Source: Cylindrospermopsis raciborskii Cr2010
Lineage (GTDB): Bacteria; Cyanobacteriota; Cyanobacteriia; Cyanobacteriales; Nostocaceae
DNA: 32,000 nt
Direction: 5' to 3'
Assembly: GCF_003367075.2 (NCBI RefSeq)
Contig: NZ_CP065936.1
Coordinates: forward strand, 660,001-692,000
Both the position numbers and the translations under genes were made by a program. The notes under the pieces are model-generated. The model worked only from the letters and a program-made list of their open reading frames with translations. It was not told the DNA's origin and searched no databases. Positions 1 through 8,298 of the stretch are shown here, piece after piece (the first letter of the stretch is position 1; each line of letters starts with the position of its first letter).

Positions 1-953
1 CGAGAGCTTATGATATCCCCCACCATAGCGACAATCTAGAAGAAATTTTGGCATTACCAGAAGTGCAAGCGGTGAGTATATCCACACCACCGTTTTTACA
101 TTACCCCATGGGTAAACAAGTATTAGCAGCGGGTAAACACCTCTTATTAGAAAAACCGACCACCCTAAATGTAACTCAAGCTAAGGAACTATATCAACTA
201 GCAAAGGAAAAAAACATTATTGCCACGGTAGATTTTGAATTTCGTTTTGTTCCAGCATGGCAATATTTACATCAGTTATTAAATGACAACTATGTAGGAA
301 ATATTAGACTAATTAAAATTGATTGGTTAGGGTCATCTCGTGCTAACACAGATCGTCCTTGGAATTGGTACTCCCAACAAGAGCAGGGTGGTGGAGTTTT
401 AGGTTCCTTAGGTTCCCATGCGTTTGATTATATTAACTGGTTATTTGGAGAGGTGACAAGACTTAATGCTTACTTAACCACAGCAATTACCCAAAGAAGA
501 GATCCAGTGGATGGAGAGTTAAAGGTAGTGAACAGTGATGATAATTGTTTAATTTCATTAGAGCTAGAGGAAGGAATACCTTGTCAAGTTTGTATTAGTG
601 CAGTAGTGCAAGCCAAGAGAACTCATGCTATCGAAGTGTATGGAGACAAAGGGACATTAATTATAGCGAGTGAGAATCAAAAGGATTATATTTATGGGTT
701 TAGAGTTTGGGGTTGTGAAATTGGGGGAAGTTTCACCGAATTGGAGATTCCTAAACAATTATTATTTCCCCAAGACTACACTGATGGTAGGATTAGTGCA
801 TTTTTGCGAGTTGTAGACCAATGGGTGAATGGAATAGAAACCCAAAAGGAGATTGTTCCGTCATTGAAACAGGGAGTTTATTCCCAACTGTTGATGGATC
901 TGTGTCATCAATCATCTCATTCCAGAACCTGGGTAGACGTGCCAAGTTGGTAA
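1..953 (+). CDS. Gfo/Idh/MocA-family NAD(P)-dependent oxidoreductase, 5'-partial (the N-terminal Rossmann part lies upstream of the window)
   Basis: The frame is open to the window edge (track ORF 48..953). LLLEKPTT...AKELYQLAKEKN (EKP motif region) is followed by a C-terminal domain with GGGVLGSLGSHAFDYINWLFG, the usual layout of this family. Confidence 0.8.
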   Translation, partial: RAYDIPHHSDNLEEILALPEVQAVSISTPPFLHYPMGKQVLAAGKHLLLEKPTTLNVTQAKELYQLAKEKNIIATVDFEFRFVPAWQYLHQLLNDNYVGNIRLIKIDWLGSSRANTDRPWNWYSQQEQGGGVLGSLGSHAFDYINWLFGEVTRLNAYLTTAITQRRDPVDGELKVVNSDDNCLISLELEEGIPCQVCISAVVQAKRTHAIEVYGDKGTLIIASENQKDYIYGFRVWGCEIGGSFTELEIPKQLLFPQDYTDGRISAFLRVVDQWVNGIETQKEIVPSLKQGVYSQLLMDLCHQSSHSRTWVDVPSW

Positions 954-963
954 TGATTGTGAC

Positions 964-1608
964 CTACCACACCTTGGCTTGAAAATCCTTTTTCACGTCA
1001 ATAGCTACCGAATCTCCCGCTGGACGGATTAGAAATAGACCTTGTTCTAAGGCGTATTGATCTGCTTTTTCATCCACTTTAATACCCGCCACTGCTCCAT
1101 AAAGCTTATATTTTTTATATTTAGGAAATACATCCTTGAACCGATCAAGTACTTTTATAAATCGTTTAATATCTCGTACCTTTAAGTGAGACTTAACTTC
1201 AATAGCTACAATTTGACCATCATTTTCTGCCCAAATATCAATTTCTATGGAACCTGCATAATCATGAGCTTTTACCTGAAGGGAGGTATAGTGGACATCA
1301 ATACCCTGTTCTTTAAATAATCGTACCGCAGCAGGTCTAACTAAGTTTTCTACAAACTCACCCCATCTACTAGTGATGGATCCCATATACTTATTAGTTT
1401 CAGCCACCATCTTCCTAGTTTCTTCCATAGATATACGGAATTGATCCATCTCTTCTTCATGTTTTCTTTGGCGTTGTTCATATTCTCGTTGACGTTGTTC
1501 ATATTCCCGTTGACGTTCTTGATATAGAAGTTGTTCTACTTCTCGTTGTCTTTCGCTTTCTTTAAATAGGGCAAAAATATCCGCAAGTGTAATGTTTTCG
1601 CTACTCAT
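964..1608 (-). CDS. Hypothetical protein with an N-terminal charged coiled coil and a C-terminal PD-(D/E)XK-like nuclease fold (DUF3782-like)
   Basis: 214-aa ORF. The N-terminus has heptad repeats (EQRQREYEQRQREYEQRQRKHEEE). The C-terminus has RWGEF...IEIDIWAENDGQIVAIEVKSHLKVRDIKRF, with D...E-V-K spacing typical of restriction-endonuclease-like folds. Confidence 0.5.
   Translation of the reverse strand: MSSENITLADIFALFKESERQREVEQLLYQERQREYEQRQREYEQRQRKHEEEMDQFRISMEETRKMVAETNKYMGSITSRWGEFVENLVRPAAVRLFKEQGIDVHYTSLQVKAHDYAGSIEIDIWAENDGQIVAIEVKSHLKVRDIKRFIKVLDRFKDVFPKYKKYKLYGAVAGIKVDEKADQYALEQGLFLIRPAGDSVAIDVKKDFQAKVW
1471..1533. repeat. In-frame 21-bp tandem repeat inside the 964..1608 gene: two good copies plus one degenerate copy
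   Basis: gcgttgttcatattctcgttg / acgttgttcatattcccgttg / acgttcttgatatagaagttg. It encodes the repeated EQRQREY heptads on the minus strand. Confidence 0.7.
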
Positions 1609-1865
1609 AAGTCTATAACCTTAGGTAAAAATATCTTCCATTCTAACCTATTTCGTTATTGTACACAGGAAGTGCGATCGCATGTGTATTCACAAAACTT
1701 ATTTTAAATTAAAAGTCTAGTTGTGACAATATTGTATGCAGGTCCTTAATACCCCATTGATGTCACCACAATTTTATTGGTTTTCAGACCTGTTTGAGAA
1801 AATTGGCAATTGTAGGATGGAACCGTGGTACTGTTGTTGAAGTAAATTTTACTGGTATATTGGTG

Positions 1866-2210
1866 ATGAAAATACTTTGGGCATTATTGCCAACAACCCT
1901 AATTGCGCTAAACGCAGGAGAGTTGTTCGCTCAGGAGAAATTTGCAGGAGAATTTAACGGGAATCTCCAGATTGGTAAAACCCACTCCCATGTTTTTTAT
2001 TTTGGTAAAGAAAGTGGAGACACACTAGTTTATTTCTTTGAAACCCAATCCCCTGTGGGTAAAAAAATTATTAGTATCTGTAAGCGCAATAAGCCATGCA
2101 TGGGAAAAGCCCAGCTCCAAATAGTTAAACCTATTCCCAAGGGTATTCCTGAATCCACATCTGGTACTTATAAAATTATCTCGGTTTCCCAAGTGAACGG
2201 GAAAAGGTAA
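1866..2210 (+). CDS. Small secreted hypothetical protein
   Basis: The internal ATG at 1866 gives MKILWALLPTTLIALNAGELFAQE, a signal-peptide-like N-terminus. The track ORF begins at a TTG at 1794. I recognise no family. Confidence 0.45.
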   Translation: MKILWALLPTTLIALNAGELFAQEKFAGEFNGNLQIGKTHSHVFYFGKESGDTLVYFFETQSPVGKKIISICKRNKPCMGKAQLQIVKPIPKGIPESTSGTYKIISVSQVNGKR

Positions 2211-2232
2211 ACTGGGGACAGATATATTAGTT

Positions 2233-3489
2233 ATGCATATTGGTTTATATTGCCCGGTTGAAACAGGCCATCTAAATACCATGTTACCGATTGGTGAAGC
2301 CTTACTCCTAAAAGGTCACAGGGTAACCTTTGTAGGTATACCCGATGCTCAAGCAAGAGTTGAAGCACTTGGTATTCATTTTTTTCCAGTGGCTATGGAA
2401 TCCTTTCCCCAAGGGAGTATAGAGAAAATCTTTGAAACCTTGGGTAAAAGAGAAGGTCTATCCGCTCTACTTTACACCATAGGAATCTTTCGACACGTTT
2501 CATATATGGTTCTCCAAGATGGGGCGATCGCCTGTAAAGATCTCAAGCTGGATGGAATGGTCATTGATCAAACCAGTACCGAAGCAGTGGCGATCGCCAA
2601 AATTTTGAATATTCCCTATGTTACAGTCTGTAGTGCTTTACCATTTAACCAAGAAGTTGGAATTCCACCTGTTTTTACAACATGGCAATATGGTGACTCA
2701 TGGTTTTTCAAATTGAGAAATCAATTGACTAATTATGTAGGTTCTTTGATAGGAAAAATTATCCACGAACCAGCAAACCAGTTTTTAAAAAATAATCAGT
2801 TGCCCATACCAACAACTTTTGATTCTTCCCTGGCAATTATCTGTCATCAACCAAAATCTCTGGAATATCCCCGAAAAACCTTGCCTGATAACTTTCATTT
2901 TACTGGACCATTTCATACCACAACAAGCCGCAAATTTGTTGATTTTCCCTGGGAAAAATTATCTGATAAACCCCTAATTTATGCCTCCATGGGAACATTG
3001 CAAAATCGCCTGAAAAATACCTTTCAAACCATTGCTGCAGCTTGTGAGAATTTGGATATTCAATTAGTGATTTCTCTGGGTGGTTCTGCTAATCCTGAAG
3101 ATCTACCACCCCTACCGGGTCATCCCCTGGTTGTTCGTTATGCTCCTCAAATTGAACTACTCCAGCGAGCGAGTTTAACAATTACTCATGGAGGTATGAA
3201 TACCACTATTGAATCTTTGACTCATGGTGTTCCCCTGGTGGCTATTCCTATTACTAATGATCAACCAGGTGTCGCAGCTAGAATTCAATGGTCTGGTTGC
3301 GGCGAATTCCTCGAATTAAAACAATTAACAGTGCAGAAGTTACGTGAAAAGGTAAAACGGGTTTTAGAGGTCCCCAGCTATCGAGATTGCGCCCAACAAT
3401 TTCAACAGGAAATTAACCATTCTGGAGGTATTAATCAGGCGATCGCCATTATTGAACAAGCTATCTTGACTAAACAACCTGTGGTCTAG
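2233..3489 (+). CDS. GT1-family UDP-glycosyltransferase (MGT/CrtX-like)
   Basis: 418 aa. The C-terminal nucleotide-sugar signature is THGGMNTTIESLTHGVPLVAIPITNDQPGVAARI. The N-terminus has GHLNTMLPIGEALLLKGHRVTF, typical of GT-B GT1 enzymes. Confidence 0.85.
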   Translation: MHIGLYCPVETGHLNTMLPIGEALLLKGHRVTFVGIPDAQARVEALGIHFFPVAMESFPQGSIEKIFETLGKREGLSALLYTIGIFRHVSYMVLQDGAIACKDLKLDGMVIDQTSTEAVAIAKILNIPYVTVCSALPFNQEVGIPPVFTTWQYGDSWFFKLRNQLTNYVGSLIGKIIHEPANQFLKNNQLPIPTTFDSSLAIICHQPKSLEYPRKTLPDNFHFTGPFHTTTSRKFVDFPWEKLSDKPLIYASMGTLQNRLKNTFQTIAAACENLDIQLVISLGGSANPEDLPPLPGHPLVVRYAPQIELLQRASLTITHGGMNTTIESLTHGVPLVAIPITNDQPGVAARIQWSGCGEFLELKQLTVQKLREKVKRVLEVPSYRDCAQQFQQEINHSGGINQAIAIIEQAILTKQPVV

Positions 3490-3491
3490 TC

Positions 3492-3509
3492 ACCCACCAG
3501 GGGGTGGGT
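3492..3509 (+). terminator. Hairpin immediately 3' of the glycosyltransferase gene (weak terminator candidate, no U-tract)
   Basis: ACCCACC-aggg-GGTGGGT, a 7-bp perfect stem starting 3 nt after the stop codon. No T-run follows, so the function is uncertain. Confidence 0.25.
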
Positions 3510-3574
3510 CATAACCCTGACATAGCAATTAATCTTATTTCAAATCTTATTCCATTTCACAAGAGGTTATAACT

Positions 3575-4384
3575 GTGAAACAATTCATTCAAATTGGTGA
3601 CTATGAGGCCGCCTATATTGTTCAGGGAAAAGGTGAACCATTAGTTTTATTACATGGTTTTTTCGGTAATGGGTCAACCCTAAATTGTCTGGTAGAGCAA
3701 TTACAATCTCAATTTCAATGTTTCAGCTTAGAGCTATTAGGATTTGGTGACTCTTCCAAACCCAAAATTAATTATTTAATTCAGGATCAAGTTGCCTTTC
3801 TCAAGCAATTTGTAGATAATCTCCAACTGCAAAAGTTTTATTTAGCTGGTTATTCCTACGGTGCATGGGTCGCTTCAGCCTATGCTATTCATTACCCATT
3901 TAATTTACATGGTTTAGGTTTAATTGCGCCCGCAGGTATTCGTGATGATAGTTTTGTTGGACGTTATGACCACCTTAAACCACTACTTTGGCAGACAAAA
4001 CTTGTGGATTTGGCGATCGCCCTATATAAGCCTTTTGCCTACTTTAGCGGAAACAGGGATGGTTACCAAAAAATTGCCCAAGCACGTCATGCGCTGGTGA
4101 CTCAACCTGCTGCTGCTGCTATGTTAAAGAGCAGATTAAAACCAACGGATGCTGTGGATACGGTGGAAAAACATATCCATCAAATTTCGACACCAACAAT
4201 AGTTATTGCTGCGGAAAATGATACTACTATTCCCCAATGGCACAGTGAAACCTATGCGAAAACCATTCCCCAAACCGCTTTTTATGTTATCCCAGATGCT
4301 GAACATGACTTTGTTAATACTCATGCTCCGGATATTTGCCGCTTAGTTTATTCTTTTTTTACATCGGTAGCAATAGATGTCTGA
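3575..4384 (+). CDS. Alpha/beta-fold hydrolase
   Basis: GTG start. It has the HG oxyanion motif (VLLHGFFGNG), the nucleophile elbow GYSYGAW, and a C-terminal DAEHDF (catalytic His region). Confidence 0.85.
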   Translation: MKQFIQIGDYEAAYIVQGKGEPLVLLHGFFGNGSTLNCLVEQLQSQFQCFSLELLGFGDSSKPKINYLIQDQVAFLKQFVDNLQLQKFYLAGYSYGAWVASAYAIHYPFNLHGLGLIAPAGIRDDSFVGRYDHLKPLLWQTKLVDLAIALYKPFAYFSGNRDGYQKIAQARHALVTQPAAAAMLKSRLKPTDAVDTVEKHIHQISTPTIVIAAENDTTIPQWHSETYAKTIPQTAFYVIPDAEHDFVNTHAPDICRLVYSFFTSVAIDV

Positions 4385-4421
4385 AGATCTACATTATACG
4401 GTTTTCAGGTATCCCATTTTT

Positions 4422-5165
4422 CTAATGATATTGAGTTAAATCATTTTGAAAAAATAACTCCATGCGATCGCCCCGGAATCGAGTTACCCCATATTCAATT
4501 ACATTACCACTTTGATCCACATTCACAGACTCAGCCAACAGAATAGGTTGATTATCGGAGAGTTGCAACAAAATGGCATCTTGCGGTTGCACTAACCGAG
4601 CAGAAACAGCTGTACTGCGTCGAATATGGTCACATCCATACACCTGATACAAAAACCTTGATATGGATTTCTCTGTCTCTAAAATCTGAAGATGGCTGGG
4701 TTCAAAAAAGTCTGGGAACCTTTTTAATGGAAAATATCCACTACATACACTAATGGGTTGGTCATTAGCAAAACCTAAACGTTCAACGAGGGCTACTCTC
4801 TCCCCAAAACCAATTTCTAACCCTTTGGATATTGCTATATCTGCTGATATCTCTAAAATACGTAATAACTCAAACTGAGCTTGCCAACCCTGGGCTTTAA
4901 GAGTTTGAGTGTAACGCACTCTCTTACCAATAGGATAACGAATTGTCCTAGCAGCTACAAAGGTTCCTCTCCCCCTCTCTACTCTTATCCATCCTTCATT
5001 TTTTAATAAACCAATGGCTTGTCTAATAGTATGCCGATTTACTCTAAACTGTTGTGCTAAGTTTGTTTCGGTAGGTAGTTGTTCCCCTGCACTAAAAACC
5101 CCTTGTAAAATCTTTTCCCGCAGTTGATGGGCAATCTGATTGTAAATGGGAATAATTTCTCTCAT
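4422..5165 (-). CDS. phnF: GntR/HutC-family transcriptional regulator PhnF (phosphonate metabolism)
   Basis: N-terminal wHTH LAQQFRVNRHTIRQAIGLLKNEGWIRVERGRGTFV aligns by eye with E. coli PhnF FEVNRHTLRRAIDQLVEKGWVQRRQGVGVLV. It has a C-terminal UTRA-like domain and is divergent from phnH. Confidence 0.85.
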   Translation of the reverse strand: MREIIPIYNQIAHQLREKILQGVFSAGEQLPTETNLAQQFRVNRHTIRQAIGLLKNEGWIRVERGRGTFVAARTIRYPIGKRVRYTQTLKAQGWQAQFELLRILEISADIAISKGLEIGFGERVALVERLGFANDQPISVCSGYFPLKRFPDFFEPSHLQILETEKSISRFLYQVYGCDHIRRSTAVSARLVQPQDAILLQLSDNQPILLAESVNVDQSGNVIEYGVTRFRGDRMELFFQNDLTQYH

Positions 5166-5218
5166 ATTTTATATCTATCCTATTGCTATTTACTCAAAAA
5201 TCTGTTAATTTATCTTTT

Positions 5219-5234
5219 GTCTAGATGTCTAGAT
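5219..5234. promoter_or_regulatory. Candidate PhnF (HutC-type) operator: tandem GTCTAGAT GTCTAGAT
   Basis: It lies in the 105-bp phnF/phnH divergent intergenic region. The core GTCTAGA resembles the HutC-subfamily GT-N-TA-N-AC operator consensus (for example the DasR dre site TGGTCTAGACCA). Confidence 0.35.
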
Positions 5235-5270
5235 AGGTTAAAAATAGTTTAAAACACAATCTTGTCATGA

Positions 5271-5858
5271 ATGTCAAACATACTTACTCAAATACCGGGG
5301 TTTTCTGATCCTGTCCATGATGCCCAGCAAACATTTCGCGCTTTGCTATGTGCTGATGCACAACCAGGAAAACCTGAAAAAATCCATGTCCAGATTAAAG
5401 TCCCTCAGGGGTTAACGCCAGCTTGCGGTGCAGCTTGTCTGACTCTGTTGGATTTAGATGTCAAACTGTGGATACAACCCACATTCTCTTCCTCAGTGAG
5501 AAATTGGTTGTTGTTTCACACTGGGTGTCAACTAACACCAGACCCACAGCAAGCGGACTTTGCCTTAATTCAAGACTTGGCATCTATGGCGGAATTATCT
5601 GTTTTTAACCCAGGAACAGCGGAAAAACCGGAAGATTCCACAACCTTGCTGATACAGATAGCAAGTTTTAATGGCGGAAAATCTATCACCTTAACAGGTC
5701 CAGGAAATTTATCACCTAAAACCATAGCACCTAGCATTACTAGCACTTTTTGGGAATTCTGGGAACAGAATTATCCGCTTTATCCTCTGGGAATAGATGT
5801 TTTTCTATTTACAGAAGATTCCGTAATGGGACTACCCAGAACTGCAAAACACTCATGA
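5271..5858 (+). CDS. phnH: Carbon-phosphorus lyase complex subunit PhnH
   Basis: VHDAQQTFRALL, LLFHTGCQLTPDPQQADFAL, TTLLIQIASFNGGKSITLTGPG and YPLGIDVFLF...GLPRTA align block for block with E. coli PhnH ([64 protein letters not shown]...AIPRTT). Confidence 0.9.
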   Translation: MSNILTQIPGFSDPVHDAQQTFRALLCADAQPGKPEKIHVQIKVPQGLTPACGAACLTLLDLDVKLWIQPTFSSSVRNWLLFHTGCQLTPDPQQADFALIQDLASMAELSVFNPGTAEKPEDSTTLLIQIASFNGGKSITLTGPGNLSPKTIAPSITSTFWEFWEQNYPLYPLGIDVFLFTEDSVMGLPRTAKHS

Positions 5859-6331
5859 AACTGAAAATTCGCCTAACTGATTCTCAGGATTGGTCAATAT
5901 TAAATCAGTTATATGCTGATATGGATCAAAAAGCTCCCCTAGCTGACCATCGAGTGCAAGAGATTTTCACAGAAATTAGTCAGATTCCCAATTACCATAT
6001 CTACCTTGCGGAATTAGACTATGAACCAGTGGGGACATTTAGTCTTCTGTATGTACCGACAATGATGCATCCTGGTTATCATAGATTTGCCATATTGGAT
6101 GCAGTCACAGTTATCTCCTCTCTTAGAGGTCAGGGGATTGGCACAGAAATGGTTAGATTTGCCCTGGAGCAGAGTGTAGCAGCAGGTTGTTATAAGGTTA
6201 CTTTATCTTCCAACTTAAAGCGTGATAATGCTCATAGGTTTTATCAGTCATTAGGATTTGAACAACATGGTTGGAGCTTTAACTGTGTAGTTCAACCAGA
6301 TATTAAACAGGATGGGTTAGCAGTAGGGTAA
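5855..6331 (+). CDS. GNAT-family N-acetyltransferase (possibly PhnO-like)
   Basis: The ATG at 5855 overlaps the phnH stop (ATGA). The acetyl-CoA binding motif RGQGIGTEMVRFALE and the C-terminal AHRFYQSLGF are present. The upstream part of track ORF 5750..6331 overlaps phnH and is not coding. Confidence 0.75.
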   Translation: MKLKIRLTDSQDWSILNQLYADMDQKAPLADHRVQEIFTEISQIPNYHIYLAELDYEPVGTFSLLYVPTMMHPGYHRFAILDAVTVISSLRGQGIGTEMVRFALEQSVAAGCYKVTLSSNLKRDNAHRFYQSLGFEQHGWSFNCVVQPDIKQDGLAVG

Positions 6332-6342
6332 CCTATGGGGGT

Positions 6343-6371
6343 GTTGGGTTTCATACTTCAACCCAACCTAC
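6343..6371. repeat. Short dispersed hairpin repeat GTTGGGTT-N9-AACCCAAC-CTAC
   Basis: An 8-bp perfect stem, 3' of the GNAT gene. The same motif occurs at 8227..8255 and, as a 7-bp stem, at 27952..27976. Confidence 0.6.
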
Positions 6372-6473
6372 TAGGTTCATCTTATATTTAATTCCACCCA
6401 CCTACTTAGATCGGAACTGATTAATAGTTAATAGGTTTTCAACAAACATATTAGAAAAATAGCAGGAGAATCA

Positions 6474-7643
6474 GTGACAACCAGCAAAGTTGCCATTCAA
6501 GGAGTTAAAATCCTGACTTCTAGAGGATGGGTAGAAGACGGCACGGTTTTGATAGAGGATGGGATATTTACCAGTGTTAACCAATGTGAGGTTCCCCATG
6601 GATTTGAGATAGTGAATGGACAGGGTTTACAAATGTTACCCGGGATTATTGACCTGCATGGGGATGCTTTTGAAAGAATGATTTGTCCCAGGCCTGGAAT
6701 AAATATTCCCCTGTCTATGGCTATGGTTGAAAACGACCGAAATCTTTTGGCATGGGGTATCACGACTTTTTACTGCTCTATTACCGATTCCTATGAACCT
6801 GGTTTACGCAGTCGCGAAACGGCTGGTCATATTATGGAATTTATTTTAGGCACGGGTAAGGAGTTTTTAAAAACTAATCACCGGATTCATATTAGACATG
6901 AGGAAGCTAATGTTTTGGGACATGATGAGTTGTGTGAATGGTTGGAGACGGGTCGTATAGATATTTTATCGATAAATGACCATCTACCATCTACTCCAGA
7001 AGAAAAGAGATGGTATAGATACCTAAATAGTATTAAACAAAGAACTTCTTTATCTCTGGAGGAAATAACTCAACTGGTTATGCAGGTGAGGGAAACAAGA
7101 GACCAAGCTGATGAGCAAATAGAAACTCTCATCAAAATCGCCCAGGGGCGGAATATTCCTCTGGCTTCCCATGATGATGATACACCAGAAAAGGTGGCTC
7201 TTAGTCAAAAAAGGGGGGTGGCAATTGCGGAATTTCCGGCGAGTGTGGATTTGGCGGCTCAGTGTCAAGCTTATGGAGCTTCTGTACTCATGGGGGCACC
7301 TAATTTAGTGCGTGGAGGTTCTCACCTTGGTTTAATGAGTGTGGGGACGGGGATAAAATCTCAAGTTATTGATTGTCTTTGCTCGGACTATCACTATCCC
7401 TCATTATTTTATAGTCCCTTCAAAATAGCAGAAGAGGGACTAATGTGTTTTGAAGAAGCATGGTCGTTGGTTTCTAGTAAACCTGCTGCTGCTGCTGGTA
7501 TTGGCGATCGTAAGGGACAAGTTGCTCCGGGTCTGGATGCTGATTTCCTCTTAATATCACCGGATTTACCTGTGCTCTGTGCTATTGTATCTGTTTATGT
7601 GTTGGGAAAAGAAGTTGTCTATTATCCTCTGAAAAAACTATGA
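6474..7643 (+). CDS. phnM: PhnM (alpha-D-ribose 1-methylphosphonate 5-triphosphate diphosphatase, amidohydrolase superfamily)
   Basis: GTG start with AGGAG 5-6 nt upstream. LPGIIDLHGDAFE and ASHDDDTPEKVALSQKRGVAIAEFP...VLMGAPNLVRGGSHLG...SDYHYPSL match E. coli PhnM (ASHDDATHAHVAES...VIAEFP...VLMGAPNIVRGGSHSG...SDYYPASL). Confidence 0.9.
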   Translation: MTTSKVAIQGVKILTSRGWVEDGTVLIEDGIFTSVNQCEVPHGFEIVNGQGLQMLPGIIDLHGDAFERMICPRPGINIPLSMAMVENDRNLLAWGITTFYCSITDSYEPGLRSRETAGHIMEFILGTGKEFLKTNHRIHIRHEEANVLGHDELCEWLETGRIDILSINDHLPSTPEEKRWYRYLNSIKQRTSLSLEEITQLVMQVRETRDQADEQIETLIKIAQGRNIPLASHDDDTPEKVALSQKRGVAIAEFPASVDLAAQCQAYGASVLMGAPNLVRGGSHLGLMSVGTGIKSQVIDCLCSDYHYPSLFYSPFKIAEEGLMCFEEAWSLVSSKPAAAAGIGDRKGQVAPGLDADFLLISPDLPVLCAIVSVYVLGKEVVYYPLKKL

Positions 7644-7904
7644 ATTTTACTATTGAGGAGGTTTGTCGTTTGTTCGACGAAAAAGGGTCAAAAGAGGAGT
7701 TTATTCGTTTACCTTTTGCTCCAGATGCGGTAAAACTAAGAATTGTTGATTCTTATGGATTTGATTCTTATGGATGAGCCAACGGGTGGACTGGATGTGT
7801 CAGTTCAAGCTCGATTGCTAGATCTGCTGCGATCGCTGGTTAGAAATTTTAATCTAAGTGTAATTTTAGTGACTGTGAACTCATCGTGCGATCGCATTTC
7901 ATAG
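7640..7904 (+). pseudogene. phnK: phn operon remnant: a 45-codon stub ORF coupled to phnM (ATGA overlap), then an out-of-frame internal fragment of phnK
   Basis: In the frame starting at 7740, translation reads ELLILMD(LILMD)EPTGGLDVSVQARLLDLLRSLVRNFNLSVILVT. This matches E. coli PhnK ...LVFMDEPTGGLDVSVQARLLDLLRGLVVELNLAVVIVTHDLG. There is no Walker A region upstream, homology ends near 7875 next to a HIP1 site, and a stop occurs at 7902. Confidence 0.8.
7746..7775. repeat. Perfect 15-bp tandem duplication (ttgattcttatggat x2) inside the phnK fragment
   Basis: It is read directly from the sequence. It duplicates LILMD just before the Walker B/D-loop DEPTGG. Confidence 0.9.
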
Positions 7905-8226
7905 AGGTTTCCATTAATTCTACTTCCCAGAGGGAAGCGTACCAACGAAAAACTAGCCCCTTGGTACAGCACCGTAGCAAGTTCTACCCATTTTCGCTCG
8001 TATCAGAATAAAAATGAGTCGTTGCCGCTATGTCTTGTCGATATTTGTAAACGCTGCGATGAAATATATCAGGAATTATATCAATTTCGACTTTATTAGA
8101 GAGTATTGGTAATGAAAATTTTGAATTAGTGAATTTAGGACGGTTCTTGACCCGTTGTCAAGGTATCACATCCAAAAGAATAACGGGTAATTGCTACCAT
8201 GGGGAGTGTTTATATCCCGTGGGTTT

Positions 8227-8255
8227 GTTGGGTTGAGCAACGAAACCCAACCTAC
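8227..8255. repeat. Short dispersed hairpin repeat GTTGGGTT-N9-AACCCAAC-CTAC
   Basis: Same motif as 6343..6371. It lies just 3' of the minus-strand ATPase gene. Confidence 0.6.
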
Positions 8256-8270
8256 AAGTCCTCTGGCGAT

Positions 8271-8298
8271 CTCCCATAGGGAGTGCTTCGCAATCGCC
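8271..8298. repeat. 28-bp repeat CTCCCATAGGGAGTGCTTCGC(A/G)ATCGCC, copy A
   Basis: It matches 11789..11816 at 27 of 28 positions in the same orientation, contains the palindrome CTCCC-ATA-GGGAG, and abuts the ATPase stop codon at 8299. Confidence 0.8.

Noticed and set aside
2025-2282. 85-aa minus-strand ORF spanning the small secreted protein gene and the glycosyltransferase start
   Set aside because: It overlaps two better-supported plus-strand genes and has no motifs.
5423-5608. 61-aa alternative-frame ORF inside phnH, and the 5750..5854 extension of the GNAT ORF
   Set aside because: The phnH frame aligns block by block with E. coli PhnH. The GNAT has a proper ATG at 5855 overlapping the phnH stop.
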